Positions 41,650 to 50,990 of a DNA stretch of 64,000 nt are shown here, piece by piece. Under the pieces are notes generated by a model. It was given only the letters and a program-made list of their open reading frames with translations, did not search any database and had not been told where the DNA came from. The translations under genes were made by a program, and so were the position numbers. The stretch's first letter is position 1; every line of letters starts with the position of its first letter. Source of the stretch: Fidelibacterota bacterium (lineage in GTDB: Bacteria; Fidelibacterota; Marinisomatia; Marinisomatales; Marinisomataceae); assembly GCA_045560295.1 (NCBI GenBank), contig JBJKZL010000004.1, forward strand, positions 1,868-65,867, read 5' to 3'.

Positions 41650-42679
41650 TATTTTTTTTTAATAAGTCTAACATTTTATAATTTGCCTTAGGCAAAGCAA
41701 ACTTATCTAACCCTTTTGTAGTAGTCCATATATAATTTTCTTTAATTTTCAGCGACTTGATACTTTTAACACTCTTTTGAAATAAAGATATAACAACTTT
41801 AAAATGGCTATATTGGTGCTTAATCTTTCCAACGTAGTGAGGGTTTTTAATTAATAGGTTCGTTTCTTCTTTAATTTCTCTAATTACAGCAGCTTCATCT
41901 GATTCGTGTGATTCAATTTTACCACCTGGGAACTCCCATAAGCCACCAAGCATTTTATCTTCTGGTCGCTGAATAAGTAAAAGTTTACTTTTATAATAAA
42001 TCACACAGACTGACACATTGACTAGGGGAATTTTTTTGGTTTTTTTTGGTTCTGGATACTTTAAAGGATCATCATGTAATGTTGCTTTACACTGATATGT
42101 AATCGGACAAGGTGAACAGTTAACGGATTTTGCCTGACAAAAACTGCTGCCTAAATCCATCAACGCCTGATTAAAATCTCCCGGGTTTGACTTGTCTTGC
42201 TCAGTTTCGAGAAATTTTTTTACTCTATTACTATTAAACCTTGACTTTTTTTTCAATCCAAGCAGTCTAAATCCAATACGTTCTATATTAGTGTCCACTC
42301 CTACTTCTTGCTGATTGTAAGCAATAGCTAAAATAGTTTTTGCAGTATATTCACCAATACCTGGAAGCTTAATGAGCTCATCGAATGTATTTGGAAAATC
42401 TTTATCTAAGGTTTTGGCTGTAAGATGTATATTTTTACATCGAGAATAGTATCCTAATCCCTCCCAATGTTTTAGCAAATCATTATAATCAGCTTTGGCG
42501 AGCGCTTTAATATTAGGATAACTATTTATCCAGCGTTTATAATATGGAATCACAGTAGCTACCTGAGTTTGTTGTAGCATAATTTCTGAAATCCAAATTT
42601 TGTAAGGATCTTTAGTTTGTCTCCATGGTAGTGTTCTTTTATTTAAAGAATACCATCCTAATAGGTTTTTTGAAATCAT
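41627..42679 (-). CDS. mutY: A/G-specific adenine glycosylase with a C-terminal Nudix domain
   Basis: SEIMLQQTQV, WEGLGYYSR, LPGIGEYTA, C-x6-C-x2-C-x5-C, WEFPGGK. Confidence 0.94.
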   Translation of the reverse strand: MISKNLLGWYSLNKRTLPWRQTKDPYKIWISEIMLQQTQVATVIPYYKRWINSYPNIKALAKADYNDLLKHWEGLGYYSRCKNIHLTAKTLDKDFPNTFDELIKLPGIGEYTAKTILAIAYNQQEVGVDTNIERIGFRLLGLKKKSRFNSNRVKKFLETEQDKSNPGDFNQALMDLGSSFCQAKSVNCSPCPITYQCKATLHDDPLKYPEPKKTKKIPLVNVSVCVIYYKSKLLLIQRPEDKMLGGLWEFPGGKIESHESDEAAVIREIKEETNLLIKNPHYVGKIKHQYSHFKVVISLFQKSVKSIKSLKIKENYIWTTTKGLDKFALPKANYKMLDLLKKNNDEKYLK

Positions 42680-42685
42680 ACCTTG

Positions 42686-42714
42686 AGATTAAGAATATGA
42701 CCTCAATAATCCAA
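42686..42714 (-). promoter_or_regulatory. Sigma70-like promoter of mutY, positioned for a leaderless mRNA
   Basis: TTGGAT-17 nt-TAATCT-6 nt-ATG, no Shine-Dalgarno. Confidence 0.6.
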
Positions 42715-42717
42715 AAA

Positions 42718-43728
42718 TTAACTACATGTAGTATCTATAAGTGCTGCACATGCTTTATATGGGTCGACATTTGATGCAGGGCGCCTGTCTTCTAAATAAC
42801 CCTTTCCTTCTTTAGCAACATCCATTGGGATTCTGATTGAAGCTCCCCTATCACTAACTCCATATTTAAATTGCTTGATACTGCAGGTTTCATGGTCCCC
42901 AGTCAATCTTTGGTCATTATCAGCGCCATAAGCATTTATATGCTTATCGATATTTTGGCCTAGCTTTTTACATGCCTCTTCAATTACTGTCATACCACCT
43001 TCAGCGCGCATTGATTCTGTACTATAGTTTATATGAGCACCCGAACCATTCCAATCCCCTTTGATAGGTTTTGGATGAAGGTCTACTCTTAAACCATAAT
43101 CTTCTCCAACTCTCTCCAACAACCATCTTGCTACCCATAACTGATCACAAACCTCTAATGCTGGTAAAGGACCAACCTGGTATTCCCACTGCCCAAGCAT
43201 TACTTCAGCATTAATGCCTGAGATTTCAAAACCTGCATCTAAACATAAATCTAGGTGGTCTTCAACCATATTTCTTGCTGCAACATCTTCAGAGCCAACA
43301 CTACAATAGTAAGGACCTTGTGGCCTTTCTGGAAAGCCCTCTTCAGGCCAACCTGCAGGTTGTTTACCATCCATTAAGGTATATTCTTGCTCAATACCAA
43401 ACCATGGTTTATGCTCTTTAAATTTTTCAGCAAGATGTACTAAAGCAGCTCTTGAGTTTGATTTATGCGGTGTATCGTCTGGATTGCAAACTTCACACAT
43501 AACTAAAATATTATCTCCACCTCTTATTGGATCTGGACACATCCAAACAGGCTTAAGCTTACAATCACTGTCTCCGCCATCAGCTTGTAACGTACTTGAC
43601 CCGTCAAAACCCCATGAAGGAAGATCTGATACAGCGGAAACTTTTTCTCCTAAAATTTTTGTTTTTGATCTTAAGTTAGCAGTTGGTTCATAACCATCAA
43701 TCCAGATGTATTCGGCTTTTACTTTCAT
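42718..43728 (-). CDS. glnII: Glutamine synthetase type II
   Basis: 336 aa. AEYIWIDG, LRSKT, WGFDGSST, WFGIEQEY, QGPYYC, GINAEVM, GDWNGSG, YLEDRRPASN. Confidence 0.93.
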   Translation of the reverse strand: MKVKAEYIWIDGYEPTANLRSKTKILGEKVSAVSDLPSWGFDGSSTLQADGGDSDCKLKPVWMCPDPIRGGDNILVMCEVCNPDDTPHKSNSRAALVHLAEKFKEHKPWFGIEQEYTLMDGKQPAGWPEEGFPERPQGPYYCSVGSEDVAARNMVEDHLDLCLDAGFEISGINAEVMLGQWEYQVGPLPALEVCDQLWVARWLLERVGEDYGLRVDLHPKPIKGDWNGSGAHINYSTESMRAEGGMTVIEEACKKLGQNIDKHINAYGADNDQRLTGDHETCSIKQFKYGVSDRGASIRIPMDVAKEGKGYLEDRRPASNVDPYKACAALIDTTCS

Positions 43729-43810
43729 TGTATTTCCCCTTATTTATGAATTATTTTATAAAAAGATATACTTTAATATATTTATAAAAAATGAGTAAAT
43801 AAATTATTTT

Positions 43811-44287
43811 TTAATCTAAATTATTAATATTGCTTAATATATTAAGGTCAATACTAGTTTTCTCCTTATATGAGGATAAAACTACATTTGATTGGGTTCT
43901 GGAGACTCCAGGCCAGTTTTGTATTTCATAGAGTAAATCTTCTAGAGATTGAGAATTTTTTACGCGGACTTTTAATATATGAGAACCTGAACCTGTGATT
44001 GAATGACATTCCATAACAGCCTCACACTCATTTGCGTTTTTAATAAAGTTTTCATAGTGATCAGAGTGCTCACTTACAATAAAAACATAGGCTGTTAAAT
44101 CTAGTCCAGCATTCTTATGGTCTAGGATAGCTGCAAATTCTTTAATTATACCTTTTTCTGTTAACTTTTTAATTCGATCTCCTGCTGCTGGAGCTGAAAG
44201 TCCTACGGACTTTCCAATATCACTCGCAGATGAGCGACCATCTTTTTGAAGAATTTTTAGAATTTCAATGTCAATATTATCTATCAT
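43811..44287 (-). CDS. Lrp/AsnC family transcriptional regulator
   Basis: IDIEILKILQKDGR...VGLS HTH, ECHSITG RAM domain. Confidence 0.92.
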   Translation of the reverse strand: MIDNIDIEILKILQKDGRSSASDIGKSVGLSAPAAGDRIKKLTEKGIIKEFAAILDHKNAGLDLTAYVFIVSEHSDHYENFIKNANECEAVMECHSITGSGSHILKVRVKNSQSLEDLLYEIQNWPGVSRTQSNVVLSSYKEKTSIDLNILSNINNLD

Positions 44288-44303
44288 ATACTAAATTACA
44301 AAT

Positions 44304-44741
44304 ATGAAGAATAATAAAGTGGATTTAAATAATCTTTTAGAAAGAATATCAAGGCTTGAAGCTCGGCTCGATGAGGTTGCTCCTGTCAGTAAAAGAAAGC
44401 TGCCATCCAAAAAAGAGCAAGTTGACCAAATCAAATCAGAGATTGAAGTGTGGTCACAGAAATTTCCATCTATTGATATAGAATTTGAATTAGCTAAAAT
44501 GTTAGACTGGCTCAAAGCAACTAACAAAAGAAAGAAGGATTATAGGGCATTTTTTCGAAACTGGCTAAGGAAGAGCACTAATACAGTAGGTAACGAACCA
44601 GTTACTCCAAAATCTTATGTTTATAGTTGTGCTATTAATAAGGACACCTGCAAAGATGAGATATCAAGCTTCAAAGATATGTCTTTTTATTGTGATGATT
44701 GCAATAAAATTAAAACCATCACAAAAGTAACAAGAAGTTAA
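44304..44741 (+). CDS. Hypothetical protein: coiled coil, replication-initiator/DnaT-like helical domain and four Cys (possible Zn ribbon)
   Basis: ELAKMLDWL...KKDYRAFFRNWLRK followed by C-x6-C...C-x2-C. The ORF fills the gap exactly. Confidence 0.65.
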   Translation: MKNNKVDLNNLLERISRLEARLDEVAPVSKRKLPSKKEQVDQIKSEIEVWSQKFPSIDIEFELAKMLDWLKATNKRKKDYRAFFRNWLRKSTNTVGNEPVTPKSYVYSCAINKDTCKDEISSFKDMSFYCDDCNKIKTITKVTRS

Positions 44742-45184
44742 TCTTCTTTTTCAATAGTAAGCTTAAAGCTACCTGCAATATCATTACTAAACTTTACATT
44801 AATTTCATGTTCACCAAGCGTTTTAATTGGTGCTGATAAATCGATGTACTTTTTGTCAAAAACAATATCATTTGCTATTAAAAGTTTTTCAATATCTAAT
44901 TTTGTGACTGACCCAAAAAGCTTTGCTCCGTCTTCAGAATTCATTTTAATAGTGATGTTTAGATCGGCAACTTTTGATATTAGATCTAATAATACATCTT
45001 TTTGTCTGTCAATCTTGCGATCTTCTTGGCTACGTTTTTCTTCAACCTGTTTTAGCTGAGATTTAGAAAAAGTGATCGCTAGTTTTTGAGGAATAAGAAA
45101 GTTTCTTCCAAAGCCAGGCTTTACATCAACTACATCACCTTCATTCCCAACATTATCTACATCTTGTGTAAGTATTAATTTCAT
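44738..45184 (-). CDS. rplI: 50S ribosomal protein L9
   Basis: VKPGFGRNFLIP, KLFGSVT, PIKTLGEH. Confidence 0.96.
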   Translation of the reverse strand: MKLILTQDVDNVGNEGDVVDVKPGFGRNFLIPQKLAITFSKSQLKQVEEKRSQEDRKIDRQKDVLLDLISKVADLNITIKMNSEDGAKLFGSVTKLDIEKLLIANDIVFDKKYIDLSAPIKTLGEHEINVKFSNDIAGSFKLTIEKED

Positions 45185-45187
45185 TAT

Positions 45188-45412
45188 TTAGTCCCTATCA
45201 ATAGCTGCAAATGGGAGCAATGCAACATTTCTTGCTCTCTTTATTGCTGTTACTAGTTTTCTGTGCATCTTACTACTGGTACCAGTGACTCTTCTTGGAG
45301 TAATTTTCCCCTGGTCATTAATAAACTTATTTAAAAGTCTCGTATCTTTATAATCAATTTCATGGATGTTATTTCTTTTAAAATAACATGATTTTTTTCT
45401 GCTAGATAGCAT
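45188..45412 (-). CDS. rpsR: 30S ribosomal protein S18
   Basis: [28 protein letters not shown]. Confidence 0.97.
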   Translation of the reverse strand: MLSSRKKSCYFKRNNIHEIDYKDTRLLNKFINDQGKITPRRVTGTSSKMHRKLVTAIKRARNVALLPFAAIDRD

Positions 45413-45413
45413 A

Positions 45414-45770
45414 TTATTTTTCCTCTTCTTTCTTATCTTCTACTTCATTAGTAGCATCTTCAACGACAGGAGCTTCTGGCTTTCCATCGAGCTTAATAAT
45501 AATGTATTTTAATACCTCTGCATGCAGGTTAAGGAAGACCTTGAACTCATTAACAAAATCTGAATTCTTAAACTCAGTGTTAAGTAATATATAGTTTCCA
45601 TATTTGTGCTTTTTTACCGGGTATGCTAATGCTTTTTTCTCCCAAAAGTTATGGTCAACTACTGCATGTTTTTTAGATTCAATATGACTGCTCACTTCGC
45701 CAATGATTTCAGATATTTTATCCTTACCATGGTTTGGATTTACAACATATAATATTTCATAATAATTCAT
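45414..45770 (-). CDS. rpsF: 30S ribosomal protein S6
   Basis: [16 protein letters not shown], directly upstream of rpsR. Confidence 0.92.
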   Translation of the reverse strand: MNYYEILYVVNPNHGKDKISEIIGEVSSHIESKKHAVVDHNFWEKKALAYPVKKHKYGNYILLNTEFKNSDFVNEFKVFLNLHAEVLKYIIIKLDGKPEAPVVEDATNEVEDKKEEEK

Positions 45771-45782
45771 ATACTTTCTCCG

Positions 45783-47846
45783 TTAGATAAGCGGTGCAAT
45801 CACTAATGATACAACCGATATCAGCTTAATTAAAATATTTAATGATGGTCCTGCGGTATCCTTGAATGGATCTCCTACAGTATCACCTACAACAGCAGCT
45901 TTATGTGCCGTACTTCCCTTACCTCCATGTGCGCCAGACTCAATATATTTCTTGGCGTTATCCCATGAACCTCCTGCATTCGACATAAAGATTGCTAATA
46001 ATACTCCTGTAACTGTGACTCCAGCTAACACTCCACCCAACATAGTTGGATTTTTAAGAATCAATCCAAAAAATATTGGTGTAAATACGGCTAACGCTCC
46101 AGGTAATACCATCTTATTGATAGCAGCAGTAGTAGCTATATCTACGCATTTTGCATAGTCAGCTTTAACCCCAGGCTTACCATCTAAGAGACCTTTAATT
46201 TCTCTAAACTGTCTTCTTACTTCTTCAATCATTTCAAAGGCAGCATCTCCAACTGCTTGCATTGCAAGTGCTGAAAATACAAATGGTAATGAAGAGCCAA
46301 TCAATAACCCTGCCATAATTGTTGGATTACTAATGTCTAATACAAGCTCAATACCTGTATTTGCTTTAACTGTTTCTCTGAAAGCTGCAAATAAAGCAAG
46401 AGATGTAAGAGCGGCAGAACCAATTGCAAAACCTTTACCAATAGCTGCTGTAGTATTACCTACTGCATCTAATTTGTCAGTTCTTTCTCTAACTTCTTTA
46501 GGTAATTCGGCCATTTCAGCTATACCGCCAGCATTATCTGCAATTGGTCCATAAGCATCAACTGCCAACTGAATTCCAAGTGTTGATAACATACCTAAGG
46601 CAGCTAAAGCTATACCATAAAGATTTGCAAAATGATATGCTCCTAAAATTGATAACGCGACCACAAGTACCGGCAACGCTGTAGAATACATTCCATTAGC
46701 TAAACCTGAAATAATATTTGTTGCTGAGCCTGTCTCACTTGCTTCTGCTATTGCCTGTGAAGGTCTTTGATGATCTGAAGTATAGTATTCTGTCAGTAAT
46801 CCAATTAGAATACCGGACATAAGACCTACAACAGTTGCACCAAACAAGTCCCCAGCTACAACACTATCATTACCTATCCCAAGATTAACTGAGTTAGTAA
46901 TAAATTTATTAATTATCAAGTAGCTAACTCCTAACATCACAGCTCCTGATCCAAAAATACCAATATTCAGAGCGGTTTGTGGATTTCCGCCTTCGTTAGT
47001 TTTAACAAAAAATGTTCCCAATATAGATACTACAATACCTGCTGCAGCTAAAAATAATGGTAAAAATACCAGTTCCACTGAGCCTGCTGCTGCTGCTAAT
47101 ACCATTGCACCAATCATAGATCCAACATAGGATTCAAATAGGTCTGCTCCCATACCTGCTACATCACCTACATTATCGCCAACATTATCAGCAATGGTTG
47201 CAGGATTTCTTGGGTCATCCTCTGGAATTCCAGCTTCTACCTTACCTACTAAGTCTGCACCAACATCTGCAGCTTTTGTGTAAATCCCTCCACCTACTCT
47301 TGCAAATAAAGCAATGGAAGATGCTCCCATCGCAAAACCAGAAACCTTAGTCATTACATTAGATAAATCCATCCCACTTGAAAAGCCACCACTATAAAAA
47401 TAAAATAAAAGGGAGAGTCCTAAAATTCCTAAGCCGACTACATTCATTCCCATTACTACTCCGCCACTAAACGCAACATTTAGCGCTGAGCTTAAACTAG
47501 TTCTTGCTGCTTCTGTAGTTCTATGATTTGCTAAAGTTGCTACGCGCATTCCTAAAGCTCCTGCCAAAGCACTACAAGCTGCTCCAACAACAAAAGAAAA
47601 TGCTACTTCTGTTGTATTACTAGCCATGTTAACCCAATATAGTAACCCAGCAACAACTACAACAAAAACTGAGAGTACTTTATATTCTCTCACAATAAAT
47701 GCTGTTGCACCTTCACGAATTGCAAGACCAATTTCTTGCATTTTGTCGTTACCTGGATTTTGTTTATTAATCCAATTGCTTTTCATAAGTCCAAATAAAA
47801 TTGCTAAAACACCGGATACCGGTATTAAGTAAAATAGATTTTCCAC
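45783..47846 (-). CDS. hppA: Membrane-bound pyrophosphatase, K+-dependent type (probably Na+-translocating)
   Basis: [33 protein letters not shown] (Ala marks K+-dependence), [10 protein letters not shown]. Confidence 0.95.
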   Translation of the reverse strand: MENLFYLIPVSGVLAILFGLMKSNWINKQNPGNDKMQEIGLAIREGATAFIVREYKVLSVFVVVVAGLLYWVNMASNTTEVAFSFVVGAACSALAGALGMRVATLANHRTTEAARTSLSSALNVAFSGGVVMGMNVVGLGILGLSLLFYFYSGGFSSGMDLSNVMTKVSGFAMGASSIALFARVGGGIYTKAADVGADLVGKVEAGIPEDDPRNPATIADNVGDNVGDVAGMGADLFESYVGSMIGAMVLAAAAGSVELVFLPLFLAAAGIVVSILGTFFVKTNEGGNPQTALNIGIFGSGAVMLGVSYLIINKFITNSVNLGIGNDSVVAGDLFGATVVGLMSGILIGLLTEYYTSDHQRPSQAIAEASETGSATNIISGLANGMYSTALPVLVVALSILGAYHFANLYGIALAALGMLSTLGIQLAVDAYGPIADNAGGIAEMAELPKEVRERTDKLDAVGNTTAAIGKGFAIGSAALTSLALFAAFRETVKANTGIELVLDISNPTIMAGLLIGSSLPFVFSALAMQAVGDAAFEMIEEVRRQFREIKGLLDGKPGVKADYAKCVDIATTAAINKMVLPGALAVFTPIFFGLILKNPTMLGGVLAGVTVTGVLLAIFMSNAGGSWDNAKKYIESGAHGGKGSTAHKAAVVGDTVGDPFKDTAGPSLNILIKLISVVSLVIAPLI

Positions 47847-48415
47847 TATGCTACTCCTATATTTTGTTTGTTAAAATTATTCATTGTTTCATCTACCCCC
47901 TTATTAAGCATTGAAATCATAGCATCATTAGCTATAGTTAACACTTCTTGCACTAGAGGGTGAAATTTTTTATTAAATGGTTTTAAAACATATTTTTCAG
48001 ATGGTCTTCGATAGTCGGAAGCTGCAATGCCTATTTTTAATCTTTTGACCTTATCTGTTGAAAGAGATTTAATAATAGACTTCATCCCATTATGACAACC
48101 ATCTCCACCGTCAGCTTTAACCCTAACTTCGCCCAGAGGAAGATCTACGTCGTCAAACACTACTACTAGATCATCTGTATTAGCTTTATAAAAATTTAAT
48201 ACATCGCGAATTATTGTGCCGCTATTGTTCATTCCAGTTGTTGGTTTTACCAATAAAAATTCACTACCTTTTTTTGCAAAAATATAGTTTCCTTTTCCTG
48301 GTTTAAACTCAATATCATGGGACTTTGCAAATTGATCTATCACCCAAAAACCAGCATTATGCTTGGTAGAAAGATATTTTGTCTCACTATTACCCAGACC
48401 AACGAAAATCATCAT
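47846..48415 (-). CDS. pth: Peptidyl-tRNA hydrolase
   Basis: [32 protein letters not shown]. Confidence 0.94.
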   Translation of the reverse strand: MMIFVGLGNSETKYLSTKHNAGFWVIDQFAKSHDIEFKPGKGNYIFAKKGSEFLLVKPTTGMNNSGTIIRDVLNFYKANTDDLVVVFDDVDLPLGEVRVKADGGDGCHNGMKSIIKSLSTDKVKRLKIGIAASDYRRPSEKYVLKPFNKKFHPLVQEVLTIANDAMISMLNKGVDETMNNFNKQNIGVA

Positions 48416-49107
48416 TATTTATCTTCTCCATCTGATTTATCTTGTGACTCTGAAGCGTTATCCTCTGCTTTGTCTGAAGGCTCCTCGCTCTCTCCAGATT
48501 CTGCATCTTCCAGTCCATCTTCTTCACCCAACTCATCAGATACTTCTTCTTCTTTTTCTTCTTTAGGTTCTTGAACTGACATTACAGCAATATCTTCTGC
48601 TGTCATCATTTCTACATCATCCGGCAGGGAAATATCTTTTACAAAAAGATTTGTATTCATTTCCATTGCTGTTACGTCAATTTCTAAAAATTCTGGAATT
48701 TCAGAAGGTTTACATTTAATAGTTACTGAGTTTAATAATTGAACTAATATACCACCCAACTTCACACCTTGAGATTCTCCTGTACTTCTTACAGCAACCT
48801 CTAGAGTGATTTTTTCGTCCTCTCTCACTTTTTGAAAATCAACATGCATCACTTCATCTGTTACTGGATGATACTGCACTTCCTTTAATAGAACAAACTG
48901 AGACTTCTTGTCTACAATAACTTCAAAAATCATTTGCCCTGTTCTTAATGCTTTATATAAACTTTTCTTATCCATTGACAATGGAGTCGCTTCTAATCCA
49001 GAGTGGTATAAAACCGCTGGGATTCTATCACGCAATCTAGTTCTTCTAGCTGCTGATGTACCTTGTTCTTTACGAATATCTACTTCTAATTTTTCAAATT
49101 TGCTCAT
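48415..49107 (-). CDS. rplY: 50S ribosomal protein L25/Ctc with an acidic tail
   Basis: IPAVLY, VQYHPV...HVDF, GVKLGG. Located between prs and pth. Confidence 0.94.
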   Translation of the reverse strand: MSKFEKLEVDIRKEQGTSAARRTRLRDRIPAVLYHSGLEATPLSMDKKSLYKALRTGQMIFEVIVDKKSQFVLLKEVQYHPVTDEVMHVDFQKVREDEKITLEVAVRSTGESQGVKLGGILVQLLNSVTIKCKPSEIPEFLEIDVTAMEMNTNLFVKDISLPDDVEMMTAEDIAVMSVQEPKEEKEEEVSDELGEEDGLEDAESGESEEPSDKAEDNASESQDKSDGEDK

Positions 49108-50066
49108 GTTACTTTCCCAAATAGTTGACTTACTGATTCACCTTTATGAATTCTATTAATTGTATCTGCAAATACTTTTGCTGAAGATACAATTGTTAGT
49201 TTTTCAAATTTTTTATTTTCCGGAATATGTACCGTATCTGATAAAAATACTTTATCAATATTATCGCTAGACAATTTTTTTACTGCATCCCCCGATAAAA
49301 CGGCATGGGTCGCAGCAACCGTTACTGATAATGCACCTTTTTCTTTTGCAACAACAGCTGCGTTAAAAATCGTACCTGCAGTATCTATCATATCATCAAT
49401 AATTAAAACATGTCTATTTTCTAAATTCCCAACCAAATGTGCTACTTCAGATTGATTATGTGCATTTCTACGCTTATCAATTAATGCAAAACCTATACCT
49501 AATTTTTTAGCGTATGCTTGTGATAGTTTGTTGGAACCAATATCTGGAGACAAAACTACGCATTTATTATCATTTTTAATTTTATTGAAATAAGCTTCTA
49601 GTTCTTCCATAAGCACTAAACTTCCATATAGGTTATCAACAGGTATGCTCGTAAAACCTTGCATTTGTGTTGAGTGAAGATCCATGGTAATAATCCTGTC
49701 AGCACCAGCCTGTGTGAAGATATCCATCATCACTTTTGCTGATATAGGCACCCTAGGTTCATCCTTTCTGTCTTGTCTTGAATATCCAAAATAAGGAATA
49801 ACTACATTTATTTTTTCTGCACTTGCTCGTTTTGCAGCATCAATTAGTAATGCAAGCTCTATAATATTATCTCCAGGAGAATTTGTGCTTTGCACAATAT
49901 AGATGTCGTTCCCGCGCAAGTTTTCATTATACTTCGCCCACATTTCGCCGTCACTAAATCTTTCAATAACGATATCACCAACTTCAAGGTTGGCTTGCTC
50001 TGCTATTTTAGCAGTTAGCTCGCGGTTACTTGTACCGGAAAATATTTTTTGTATATACTGTCCCAT
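49104..50066 (-). CDS. prs: Ribose-phosphate pyrophosphokinase
   Basis: FSDGE, PYFGYSRQDRK, MDLH, IIDDMIDTAGT. Confidence 0.97.
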   Translation of the reverse strand: MGQYIQKIFSGTSNRELTAKIAEQANLEVGDIVIERFSDGEMWAKYNENLRGNDIYIVQSTNSPGDNIIELALLIDAAKRASAEKINVVIPYFGYSRQDRKDEPRVPISAKVMMDIFTQAGADRIITMDLHSTQMQGFTSIPVDNLYGSLVLMEELEAYFNKIKNDNKCVVLSPDIGSNKLSQAYAKKLGIGFALIDKRRNAHNQSEVAHLVGNLENRHVLIIDDMIDTAGTIFNAAVVAKEKGALSVTVAATHAVLSGDAVKKLSSDNIDKVFLSDTVHIPENKKFEKLTIVSSAKVFADTINRIHKGESVSQLFGKVT

Positions 50067-50076
50067 AATTTTTTTG

Positions 50077-50148
50077 TTGGGGAGCAGGGACTCGAACCCC
50101 GACTGCCTGGACCAAAACCAGGTGTCCTGCCAATTAGACGACCCCCCA
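50077..50148 (-). tRNA. tRNA-Gln(TTG); CCA not encoded
   Basis: Reverse complement TGGGGGGTCGTCTAATTGGCAGGACACCTGGTTTTGGTCCAGGCAGTCGGGGTTCGAGTCCCTGCTCCCCAA. Classic ispE-tRNA-Gln-prs position. Confidence 0.95.
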
Positions 50149-50150
50149 AA

Positions 50151-50990
50151 TTAAATTTTCGGATTCGCTATAATTGTAGAATAATGGGGACTGAAAAAAG
50201 ACTGCGCTTTTTGCGCTTTTTGTTTGTCTGAGAATATTCCAAACACAGTCGAACCACTACCCGACAAACTGGCGTATTTTGCACCTAAATCCAAAATTTC
50301 TAATTTGATTTTGCCAATTTCTGGATGTGTCTTAAAAACATACATCTCAAAATCATTGTAAAATAACTCAGAGCTTAATTTACCAAGTTGAAGCTCTTCC
50401 AACATTTGCGACAACTTAACGTGCGTTTTCCCTTTTACCAAATACTTTTTTATAAACATAAAAGCGTCTGAAGTTTGTACTTTTATGTTAGGCATTACGA
50501 GTAAAATATATTTATTTAGATGAGAGCTTTTTATTGGCGTTAAAATCTCCCCCTTTCCTTCACCGCCTTGCAATCCCCCATTTATAAAAAAAGTTGAATC
50601 AGCACTGATTTTTTCTGCTAATGCTTTTATTTCTTTTACATTCATTTTTAAATCATATGATTTATTAATTAATTTTAAAATAGCGGTTCCATTGCTTGAA
50701 CCTCCTCCTAGTCCAGCATTCGTTGGTATATTTTTTTGCAAACTAATTTCAAAGTTTGGTAAATGGGGATAATGGGTTTTTAGTATATTAATTGCTTTAA
50801 CGCATGTATTATTAGTTCGGCTTAACCAGTCAACATTGGTATTAAAATTTATGGTATTGGACTCTTTAATTGTGATGTGATCACAAAAACTGATTTCTTG
50901 AAAAATAGTTACAATATTATGAAAACCGTCCTCTCTTTGATCTAGAACATGTAGTCCAAGATTTATCTTGGCATAAGAATTAATTTTCAT
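50151..50990 (-). CDS. ispE: 4-diphosphocytidyl-2-C-methyl-D-erythritol kinase
   Basis: AKINLGL, KNIPTNAGLGGGSSN, LSGSGSTVF. Confidence 0.94.
   Translation of the reverse strand: MKINSYAKINLGLHVLDQREDGFHNIVTIFQEISFCDHITIKESNTINFNTNVDWLSRTNNTCVKAINILKTHYPHLPNFEISLQKNIPTNAGLGGGSSNGTAILKLINKSYDLKMNVKEIKALAEKISADSTFFINGGLQGGEGKGEILTPIKSSHLNKYILLVMPNIKVQTSDAFMFIKKYLVKGKTHVKLSQMLEELQLGKLSSELFYNDFEMYVFKTHPEIGKIKLEILDLGAKYASLSGSGSTVFGIFSDKQKAQKAQSFFSPHYSTIIANPKI

Noticed and set aside
50049..50231. 60-aa ORF on the plus strand
   Set aside because: It is the antisense reading of tRNA-Gln and the ends of prs and ispE.
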